From a virus (Duplodnaviria > Caudoviricetes): a stretch of DNA of 64,000 nt. The first letter of the stretch is position 1, and the number at the start of each line of letters is the position of its first letter. Shown here one piece after another: positions 57,358 through 64,000 of the stretch. The DNA lies in the IMG/VR virus record IMGVR_UViG_2775507243_000004, positions 19,053 through 83,052 of that record, one strand, 5' to 3'. Below the pieces are notes generated by a model. The model did not search any database. It saw nothing but the letters and a program-made list of their open reading frames with translations, and was not told the origin of the DNA. The translations under genes were made by a program, and so were the position numbers.

Positions 57358-57945
57358 TTAAGCGACGATCATTTGCGCTCTTAATGCAGCCATGGCTTCA
57401 TCCCTGGCAAACCTTGTGGCCCGCTGAAAGATCTTTACCGGTTCTGCTGCCGGAATAGCCGGGCAATGTTCTGCTTCCAGCCGCCGGGCATAAACCTCAA
57501 TCCAGCGCACCTTGGTTTTACTTCGGTAAAAGGCAGAGCGCAGCGTGGTAAAGCCAAAATCAAATGCCGCCCAATATAATTCCGGGCTGCTCCAACTGGC
57601 CATCAATGGATCAGGTGATTGCGCATTGCGCTTAGCTTCTTCAAAAGCAATCGCATAATCTGTTTCAGGTCTGCACATTGCCGCCAGCTCCCCCAAGCTG
57701 GGCGGTAATGATTCGGCCTTTAACTGGCCACGCAAACGATCCAAAGCCAGCCGCATCCATTGCCACTTGATGCCTTCGGCGTACAAATAGGCGGCGGCTT
57801 CATCTTGCCAGGCGATTACGGCAGACTCATCCGAAAACAAAGCCTGCCATCTGGCACCATACATTGCGGCCAAGCGCTGGCGTAAGACGATTACCGGCAC
57901 AAAACCATCTGCCCCGGCCGGGCGATTCCATGCATTTTTGCTCAT
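57358..57945 (-). CDS. Replication protein P-like
   Basis: YGARW, W, PPSL.EL..MC, AF.EA and W..P..YWAA patterns. Confidence 0.6.
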   Translation of the reverse strand: MSKNAWNRPAGADGFVPVIVLRQRLAAMYGARWQALFSDESAVIAWQDEAAAYLYAEGIKWQWMRLALDRLRGQLKAESLPPSLGELAAMCRPETDYAIAFEEAKRNAQSPDPLMASWSSPELYWAAFDFGFTTLRSAFYRSKTKVRWIEVYARRLEAEHCPAIPAAEPVKIFQRATRFARDEAMAALRAQMIVA

Positions 57946-57946
57946 C

Positions 57947-58762
57947 TCATTCCCCTAAGCCTAATTGCCGGCCCAAGCCTAATTCTCTGGCCCGCAGGAT
58001 TAAGCTACTTGGCACTTCTTCGTGCAGGCCGCGTAAAGCCAAGACAGCCGAAGTGATTTGCACCATGCCTGCCTGCTTAGCCGTTTCGGCAATCTGATGC
58101 GGCCATGATTTAGCATTGCGTAAGCCACTAATCGCCAATTTAAGCTGAGCCGCTTTCTCATTAGCCTGTGCCTTAGTCATCATGCGTTTGGCAGGCGGTG
58201 GCAATAGCACTTGGGTACTGGCATCTGGAATGGTGCGGTTACTATCCCGCTCTGCATCCATCCACGCGGCCACCCATTTGGCTTTTAAGCGCCAAGGCTC
58301 CTGGATCAGCAAATCATTGCCGATACGTTGTGCAGCCCAAAAGGTGCGGTTATCAGGCCAGTTTTCTTCCAAATATTGGCGGCGGCGGCTCATCTGGGTA
58401 ATCGCCAGCTGCATCCGCACTTCTATATCGATCTCAACGGTTTGGCGGCACGCCACCTGAAACTTATCCAAATCTGGTGCTCCGTATAAAAACTTGGCGG
58501 CCATGCCGCGAGCAATCTCTTCCCCAGAAAATCCCGCCAGCTCTTCGGCCCACACCGTTTTGGCGTTCTCAATGCCGGTATCGCGCTCTTCGGTATTGCC
58601 ATCCATCAGCGTGACTTCAAAGCTTTCGCCAGAGCGAAATTTATCTACAAACTGGTTACCAAAACGCCCGTGCATCTTTCTGAAAATCTTCTCAACCCAA
58701 GCCAGTGGCAAGGCGTGGCTTTCAGTTAATCGTTGTGTATTCAGCGTTGACTGTACGTTCAT
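57947..58762 (-). CDS. Replication-region protein (second P-like paralog)
   Basis: IF.KM...FG..F, W.EEL, P.L.KF...CR, W and FWAA patterns similar to the downstream gene. Confidence 0.5.
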   Translation of the reverse strand: MNVQSTLNTQRLTESHALPLAWVEKIFRKMHGRFGNQFVDKFRSGESFEVTLMDGNTEERDTGIENAKTVWAEELAGFSGEEIARGMAAKFLYGAPDLDKFQVACRQTVEIDIEVRMQLAITQMSRRRQYLEENWPDNRTFWAAQRIGNDLLIQEPWRLKAKWVAAWMDAERDSNRTIPDASTQVLLPPPAKRMMTKAQANEKAAQLKLAISGLRNAKSWPHQIAETAKQAGMVQITSAVLALRGLHEEVPSSLILRARELGLGRQLGLGE

Positions 58763-59666
58763 GTCGGCCCTCCTCAAATGATCCAAAGATGGAGCGCACT
58801 GCAGGAGCGCGCCCTTTATGCCCGCCTTGGGCGAATGATTGTTTTGCTGACGGTTTTAAGCGTTGCTGCCGCATAATCGCCGCCAGATACAGCGGGCTGG
58901 TCGGCATGCCGACAATGGCTTTGGCCTGAAATAAAGCCTGATTAAACTCAGCCTGACTGGCTTGTTCGGCCAGCCAAGACTGGTACTGCACCATTGCCTT
59001 GGGGCTTTTTGCACTGGTCGCTGAAAAACCGGCTTTCATGGTGATCACCCGCCATTGCCAGATCTCGCTGGGTACTTCTGGAATCGATACATCAATTTTG
59101 TTGGCAGGCTCTGAATCATCTTTCGCACTGTGCTCACCCAACACTGTTTGAGATCGCATAGATGATGAAAAGAACTTAGAGGTTTTGGTTTTATGAACTG
59201 GTGAACTACTGATTATGTGCCGCTCCTCCCCGCCCATGCTTTGCCCTTCCTCAGCCCCAAACCCTTGCTGTATATGACTTTGCTCGGTCGGCGCTGCTCC
59301 TGCCATGCTCCTCCGATCCTCTACAGGACGAATGAAGCCGTTTGCGCTATACACGAGGAAAATTTTAAGGCATCGATAGTGCTCACCATGTTGTGAGTCA
59401 CGCTGAATTAGCCCCCCACGGGTCAGCTTATCCAGCAACTCGCGCACCTGGCGGGTGCTGTAATTCAAAGCTTTAGCGTGTGATCCGGCAGGCGGTAAAT
59501 AGCCCATCCGAGTGGCCAAGCCCCCCAAGGAAACCTTGCTAACCTCACCGGTTTCAAAGCTGGCCAGTGGCTTTAAATACATCAGAAACAAACGCTGGCA
59601 ATCCGGGCTAAGCCCTTCCAGCAGCTCCAGCTCAGTTTGCAGATAGGTATAAAACGCTTCCCTCAT
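58722..59666 (-). CDS. Putative replication initiator (O-position, wHTH N-terminus)
   Basis: Position after cII; N-terminal wHTH-like LD.L...GLI and low-complexity linker. Confidence 0.55.
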   Translation of the reverse strand: MREAFYTYLQTELELLEGLSPDCQRLFLMYLKPLASFETGEVSKVSLGGLATRMGYLPPAGSHAKALNYSTRQVRELLDKLTRGGLIQRDSQHGEHYRCLKIFLVYSANGFIRPVEDRRSMAGAAPTEQSHIQQGFGAEEGQSMGGEERHIISSSPVHKTKTSKFFSSSMRSQTVLGEHSAKDDSEPANKIDVSIPEVPSEIWQWRVITMKAGFSATSAKSPKAMVQYQSWLAEQASQAEFNQALFQAKAIVGMPTSPLYLAAIMRQQRLKPSAKQSFAQGGHKGRAPAVRSIFGSFEEGRHERTVNAEYTTIN

Positions 59667-60139
59667 ACCGCCTCTCTGTGTGCCGTACTACGAATCACGT
59701 TGATCATGGTTTGTAATTGATCCAAAGCCGCATCAAGCTCTGGCAGCTCACGGTGCTCCACCTTCCAATCCTCAAACACACCGGCCAGCGTCATTCCTGC
59801 CCGTGAGGTTTCGGTCATAAACTGCGCCAGCACCTTATTTGCCAGCTGCTGTGGACCATCTGCATGCAGCAAGCCACCCACTGAAACCGGCACCGCCACA
59901 TAACCGGCCAGCGCCGCAATCTGCTGCACCAGCGCCCCACACTTGGATTCTTCGACCAGGGAAAACAGGTGATTCGCCAGATACTGCTGCGAATGCAGAT
60001 TAGGATTAGCGCAATTGGCCACCGATGAAGTAGCGCGATCAATGATCTCGCTAAACCGGCGCACCCCCACTCGGGTCGTCGCCAGCTGCACCGCCTCATT
60101 CAAAGCCCGGTAGCGGTCGTTTAATAATTCAGGAGTCAT
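59663..60139 (-). CDS. CII-like phage regulatory protein
   Basis: N.ANPN, G...VP and D.KV...E patterns; position after cro. Confidence 0.65.
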   Translation of the reverse strand: MTPELLNDRYRALNEAVQLATTRVGVRRFSEIIDRATSSVANCANPNLHSQQYLANHLFSLVEESKCGALVQQIAALAGYVAVPVSVGGLLHADGPQQLANKVLAQFMTETSRAGMTLAGVFEDWKVEHRELPELDAALDQLQTMINVIRSTAHREAV

Positions 60140-60234
60140 GTTTAAACCTCTAAGTAATCTGGCCAGCTTTCTCTTATCGAAAGAGAAAGAATCCAGTTAC
60201 ATTACTCATTGGGGAGGCGCAGACGCGCCGGTAT

Positions 60235-60260
60235 AAAAAAGCCGATGGGGATCGGCAAAA
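60235..60260 (-). terminator. tR1-like terminator between cro and cII
   Basis: GCCGAT-CCCC-ATCGGC followed by T6 on minus strand. Confidence 0.65.
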
Positions 60261-60318
60261 CCATCCAATGGGGATTGGGTGGCAGAGTAAATAGATAAAC
60301 CAAGCATCCACATAAGCC

Positions 60319-60615
60319 TCATGCCCCCACTGCTATATGAATAAGGGCATGAGCTTCTGCGGCATGATGTGGTGATAAAACAGATTCCAAGAGCGGCTGG
60401 GTGCCGCGCAAATAAGCCCAATCCACATCGGGGCGCAACTCTTCACAAGTCACCGCACGATTAGATTCACGCTCAATAGCAATCGCTAGTTTTTCGCCCG
60501 AACTACGCGCGCCATATGCCACTTGTTGCAACATCCCCAATGAGGTGCCACAACTCTTTGCAAAGGCATTTCGCTCTGATTTTGGAATGGTGAGTATGTA
60601 AGCTCTAAGTTTCAT
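60319..60615 (-). CDS. Cro-like regulator (YdaS family)
   Basis: FA..CGTS.G.L.Q.AYG, LAIAIE...VTCEELRPDVDWAYLR. Confidence 0.88.
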   Translation of the reverse strand: MKLRAYILTIPKSERNAFAKSCGTSLGMLQQVAYGARSSGEKLAIAIERESNRAVTCEELRPDVDWAYLRGTQPLLESVLSPHHAAEAHALIHIAVGA

Positions 60616-60624
60616 GCCGACAAT

Positions 60625-60677
60625 ATAGCACATGCTATTTAAAATAGTATAGCAAACGTCAATTTATCATTTGCTAT
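60625..60677. promoter_or_regulatory. OR-like operators (consensus TAGCW-NN-TGCTA)
   Basis: ATAGCACATGCTAT at 60625, ATAGCAAACGTCAA at 60649 (weak), TTATCATTTGCTAT at 60664. Confidence 0.65.
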
Positions 60678-60697
60678 ACAAACACCAGAATACAGAT

Positions 60698-61399
60698 ATG
60701 GACATGAACGCAATCAGAGTTGCCAACCTCACCCGCCTTGCTAGTGCGGAAAAGAACAAAGCTACTTTCGCAAGAAAGTACGGGCTGGACCCGACTTATC
60801 TGTCGCAAATTCTGACTGGACATCGTTCTATCGGTGAAAAATCAGCACGCAGCATGGAAGAGAAGCTCAACTTGGCTCCGTTTACGCTCGATAAATCTGA
60901 AGAGCATGAATCCACCAAATTAAGCTTAAGACCCGTACAGACATGGGAAAATGAAGATGAGCTGGATCCATCTCTGTATGTATTTCTGCCTGCGCTAAAC
61001 ATCAAGTTATCCGCAGGGAGTGGAAATCTTATTTGGGAAGTTGACCAGAAAGGCCAAAAACAAGCGTTTACCGCCAAATGGGTTAAACGCATGAGCATAG
61101 ATCCAAGCTGTGCCGCAACAATGATTGCGGAAGGCAGTAGCATGGAGCCTCGGGTATTGGACGGGGATAGCCTTGTGGTGGATTACTGCCAGCAATCCAT
61201 CAGAGACGGCAAAGTCTATGCAATTACCATAGGTGAGGAATATTTCGTCAAGCGCCTATTTAAAGAAATAGATAACAGCCTGCGCATCGTGAGTGACAAT
61301 CCGGACAAGGCAAGATACCCAGACCGGCAAATCCCTCCCGAATTGACCCACCTTGTGAAAATCATAGGCAGAGTCGTCGCCATCAGCGGTTCCATGTAA
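60698..61399 (+). CDS. CI-like repressor (HTH plus S24 peptidase)
   Basis: YLSQIL.G.RSIGEK.AR HTH, SAG cleavage site, GSSMEP and VKRL. Confidence 0.93.
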   Translation: MDMNAIRVANLTRLASAEKNKATFARKYGLDPTYLSQILTGHRSIGEKSARSMEEKLNLAPFTLDKSEEHESTKLSLRPVQTWENEDELDPSLYVFLPALNIKLSAGSGNLIWEVDQKGQKQAFTAKWVKRMSIDPSCAATMIAEGSSMEPRVLDGDSLVVDYCQQSIRDGKVYAITIGEEYFVKRLFKEIDNSLRIVSDNPDKARYPDRQIPPELTHLVKIIGRVVAISGSM

Positions 61400-61451
61400 A
61401 CGGAAACGGCCAAATAAACGACTCCACCAGCCACTAAAAATATAAAGCAAG

Positions 61452-61473
61452 ACCTGCTTCGGCAGGTTTTTTT
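61452..61473 (+). terminator. Terminator after cI
   Basis: ACCTGC-TTCG-GCAGGT followed by T tract. Confidence 0.85.
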
Positions 61474-61492
61474 GTGCCCGTTAAAAATTAAT

Positions 61493-61531
61493 TTAGCTTT
61501 TGCTATTGTTTTAAACGTTAGCTTTTGCTAA
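61493..61531. promoter_or_regulatory. OL-like operators TTAGCTTTTGCTAT / TTAGCTTTTGCTAA
   Basis: Two copies at 61493 and 61518 matching the OR consensus. Confidence 0.65.
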
Positions 61532-61620
61532 ATTAATAACCAGAACATTAGCACAGTGTCCAGAGAGGACTAGCAAGACTGATTCCTCTCCATTGACCAC
61601 CTTCTGGCCGGGAGCCAACC

Positions 61621-61767
61621 ATGCAAGAAATCAGACTGAATTACGCAACACTCAGCGAGTCACTTGATGAATTAAGCACGTTAAAAGCAGCAGGCTGGAC
61701 CATGCGCTTTAGCAGCAATGGGGCTGAGATTATCGCTCGCAAGATAACTTCCCCACTCTCGAACTAA
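61621..61767 (+). CDS. Small early protein (48 aa, MQEIRLNYATL...)
   Basis: GGAG RBS and open frame; first gene after OL; not in ORF track. Confidence 0.55.
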   Translation: MQEIRLNYATLSESLDELSTLKAAGWTMRFSSNGAEIIARKITSPLSN

Positions 61768-61807
61768 CCCAACATATCGAAGTATAGACCTCAAAAAGAA
61801 GGCAAAA

Positions 61808-62140
61808 ATGATTACCGCCGATGACATTATGACCACCGACATTGCTGCTCATTTTTTAAAACTCACACCCAAAGCACTCCGGCGAAAAGCCAAAGCCGGC
61901 CAAGTACCAGCAACAATTATCACCGGCAAATGGCTCTTTAATAAAATTGATTTAATTGATTGGCTACGCCAAAACTCAACTAAGCAAAGAACACCAATCC
62001 TTTACCTGGAGCAAAAACCTTGTCTATCAAAAAGCGTGGCAACATCTGGTGGGCTCGATTCACACATGATGGCCAAGAAATACAGCGATCTTCTGGGACT
62101 GAAGACAAAGCCGCTGCACAAGAATGGCACGATCAACTAA
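61808..62140 (+). CDS. Excisionase-like HTH protein
   Basis: AAHFLKLTPKALRRKAK.G.VP....GKWLF...DL..WL; overlaps integrase. Confidence 0.8.
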   Translation: MITADDIMTTDIAAHFLKLTPKALRRKAKAGQVPATIITGKWLFNKIDLIDWLRQNSTKQRTPILYLEQKPCLSKSVATSGGLDSHMMAKKYSDLLGLKTKPLHKNGTIN

Positions 62141-63033
62141 AAGCCAGCCTATGGCGCCAGGACAAGCTTAAAGAGCGTCCGGCATACATTTGGGAACAAG
62201 CTGTTGAGCGTTGGCTTACAGAGCGCCTGGATAAGCCCACTGCCTATATTTGGAAGCTGCAACTGCGCTGGTTACACCCCCACCTATCGGGAATGAAGCT
62301 CACAGATATCGGGCAAGAAAAGATTAACCAGATCAGGTTGCTGAAACAAAAAGACACGGTAAATGGCAAAACAGAAGTTAAGCCAAGAACCGTCAATGCC
62401 ATTTTGAATTTAATACGCAGTATTTTACGTGCAGCCATCGAATGGGAATGGATCGACCGAGCCCCCGTATTCAAGCTGCTAGCCGAACCCACACGCCGCG
62501 TGCGCTATCTGTCGCAAGATGAAGAGCGGGCCTTACTCAATGAACTCCCATTGCACCTTAAGCAAATCTCAAGATTTGCACTAAGTACGGGCCTTAGAAT
62601 GAGTAATATTTTAACGCTGGAATGGTCACAGATAGATATAGCGCGGGAAACCGCATGGATCCACGCTGATCAGGCTAAAGCGAATAAAGCCATTTCAATC
62701 CCGCTTAATACGGATGCAATGGCAATTATTAATGAGCAACTGGGGAAGCACACCAGCCATGTATTTAGCTACAAAGATAAGCCAATACTAAGAGCCAATG
62801 GCAGAGCATGGCGAGAAGCAGTAAAGCGAGCCAACATCCATGACTTTAACTTCCACTGCCTACGCCACACATGGGCCAGCAGACTAATACAGGCTGGTGT
62901 TCCCACTCATGCGCTAATGGAGCTGGGCGGCTGGTCAGATATCGCAATGGTCAGAAAGTATGCTCACTTTGGGGCAGAGCATTTAAGGGAATATGCAGAT
63001 AAAATAGTAACGCAAAAAAACAACCTAGATTAA
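62020..63033 (+). CDS. int: Tyrosine recombinase / phage integrase
   Basis: TGLR, K, FHCLRHTWAS, LGGW and VRKYAH; TTG start with GGAG RBS. Confidence 0.94.
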   Translation: MSIKKRGNIWWARFTHDGQEIQRSSGTEDKAAAQEWHDQLKASLWRQDKLKERPAYIWEQAVERWLTERLDKPTAYIWKLQLRWLHPHLSGMKLTDIGQEKINQIRLLKQKDTVNGKTEVKPRTVNAILNLIRSILRAAIEWEWIDRAPVFKLLAEPTRRVRYLSQDEERALLNELPLHLKQISRFALSTGLRMSNILTLEWSQIDIARETAWIHADQAKANKAISIPLNTDAMAIINEQLGKHTSHVFSYKDKPILRANGRAWREAVKRANIHDFNFHCLRHTWASRLIQAGVPTHALMELGGWSDIAMVRKYAHFGAEHLREYADKIVTQKNNLD

Positions 63034-63052
63034 CTACTAATTGAAACTGTGC

Positions 63053-64000
63053 TCAATTAGTAGTTTCCCGCCATTTCAAGTATTTATTCTTTATTTCTGG
63101 CTTATTTTTAAAAATTGGAATTGTTAAATCATTATCAGAATTAACTATCCAACTATATATTACAAATGATCCACTTACTAAATTCTTTATCCTATGATCC
63201 GTTCCAATATTGTTTTTGCATGACTGCTTCCAGATAACGTTAACTGATCGAACAAAGGAAGAATGAATTTCAGATTGATCTATGTTATAAACAATAGTCC
63301 GAACACAGTTATTTAAAGCCTTTTTTTTAAATTCTTCTTCGTTTTCAGGAAAGAAAACAAAATCTATATCCACCCCACTGGTCATACTATTACTGCTTTC
63401 AACAACTGCTAAGTTTTGACTTGCGACCAAATTTTCTCCCATTTGCAAATTTTTAGCAGAAAATAGAAAAATAATTGCCTGCGGAAGAAACCCTACAAAT
63501 ACAAAAAAACTAACAAAGAAATCCATCTTAATTTTTTCAACGAAATAATTAATTAAGAATGGCGAGAAAGATATAGAAAAAAATACAACAAACAAAATAA
63601 CATATTTTATTTTTAAAAACTTTCTTTTTTCTTTACTTTTATATTTGTCTCTAAAAGAAATACATCCTTCACTCTCTAAATACTCCACATACTCCTGCCC
63701 AGCAGCAGCATATCTTTTTATCGCCTTTAATGAATTCCGCTGATTCAACAAATATGTAATTTCACTGAGCGTTGCCCCCTCTTTGCCTAAAATAACAGCT
63801 CCACCACTCTCAATAAGATAAGGGTGCAATGGGGAAAATGATTGAATATCGGCAAGAAACTCTTTCGCGAACTTATAATCATCACGACGCATTGGCTTCC
63901 AGCTTAAAGACGTGCCACGCCATATATTATAAATACTAAAAAGAACTCCCAGTATAGAAAAAAACTTAACTAAAACATCAAACCGAATAACATCAAGCAT
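63053..64000 (-). CDS. AT-rich hypothetical membrane protein (about 3 TM); may extend beyond window
   Basis: Hydrophobic segments at N-terminus and mid-protein; convergent with integrase. Confidence 0.65.
   Translation of the reverse strand: MLDVIRFDVLVKFFSILGVLFSIYNIWRGTSLSWKPMRRDDYKFAKEFLADIQSFSPLHPYLIESGGAVILGKEGATLSEITYLLNQRNSLKAIKRYAAAGQEYVEYLESEGCISFRDKYKSKEKRKFLKIKYVILFVVFFSISFSPFLINYFVEKIKMDFFVSFFVFVGFLPQAIIFLFSAKNLQMGENLVASQNLAVVESSNSMTSGVDIDFVFFPENEEEFKKKALNNCVRTIVYNIDQSEIHSSFVRSVNVIWKQSCKNNIGTDHRIKNLVSGSFVIYSWIVNSDNDLTIPIFKNKPEIKNKYLKWRETTN

Larger units (their letters stand above)
13462..63033 (-). mobile_element. Prophage 2: lambda-like head and regulation, P2-like contractile tail, large cargo region; right att not seen in window
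   Basis: int-xis-cI-cro-cII-replication-Q-terS-terL-portal-Clp-capsid-baseplate-sheath-tube-TMP-lysis, then cargo, com-dam and the att fragment; left boundary is inferred. Confidence 0.8.

Noticed and set aside
60206-60421. 71-aa ORF overlapping the cro 3' end
   Set aside because: Overlaps cro out of frame, runs through a terminator and has no motif
7900-60671. Long N-terminal extensions given in the ORF track (e.g. starts 8409 for C, 33200, 34793, 50588, 60633, 60671)
   Set aside because: They overlap upstream genes or operators; downstream starts with RBS or coupling fit better
26-62492. Numerous short ORFs antisense to or nested in phage genes (e.g. 26-418, 4001-4489, 39884-40639, 50269-50967)
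   Set aside because: Shadow frames of well-supported genes with no independent motifs
1-64000. CRISPR array, IS transposase, reverse transcriptase (retron/DGR) or tail-fibre invertase
   Set aside because: No regularly spaced repeats and no such ORFs recognised by eye

Overview
The window holds two prophages side by side, joined at a 45-bp 3' fragment of tRNA-Pro(GGG) at 13462-13506. Prophage 1 (1 to ~13460, + strand) is the right-hand part of a P2-like myovirus: tail module with an inserted DNA methyltransferase, a relBE-like pair, the repressor switch, Ogr, replication protein A, xis and integrase. Prophage 2 (~13460 to beyond 63033, mostly - strand) has a lambda-type immunity, replication, Q and head module joined to a P2-type contractile tail. 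It carries much cargo: a VgrG-DUF4123-effector-2x immunity T6SS module, umuDC and com-dam each preceded by a GAACGATCGTTC box, a Fic gene, an FRG-domain gene and a possible HEPN moron. The most notable element is an AT-rich five-gene operon at 13898-17948. It encodes a metallophosphoesterase, a dTMP-kinase-like protein, a catalytically degenerate thymidylate-synthase-fold protein, a MazG-like pyrophosphatase and a phage-type thymidylate synthase/dUMP hydroxymethylase. It is a candidate undescribed nucleotide-modifying anti-phage system. The host is probably a betaproteobacterium (inference only). All family calls come from reading motifs and synteny by eye; no database searches were run.
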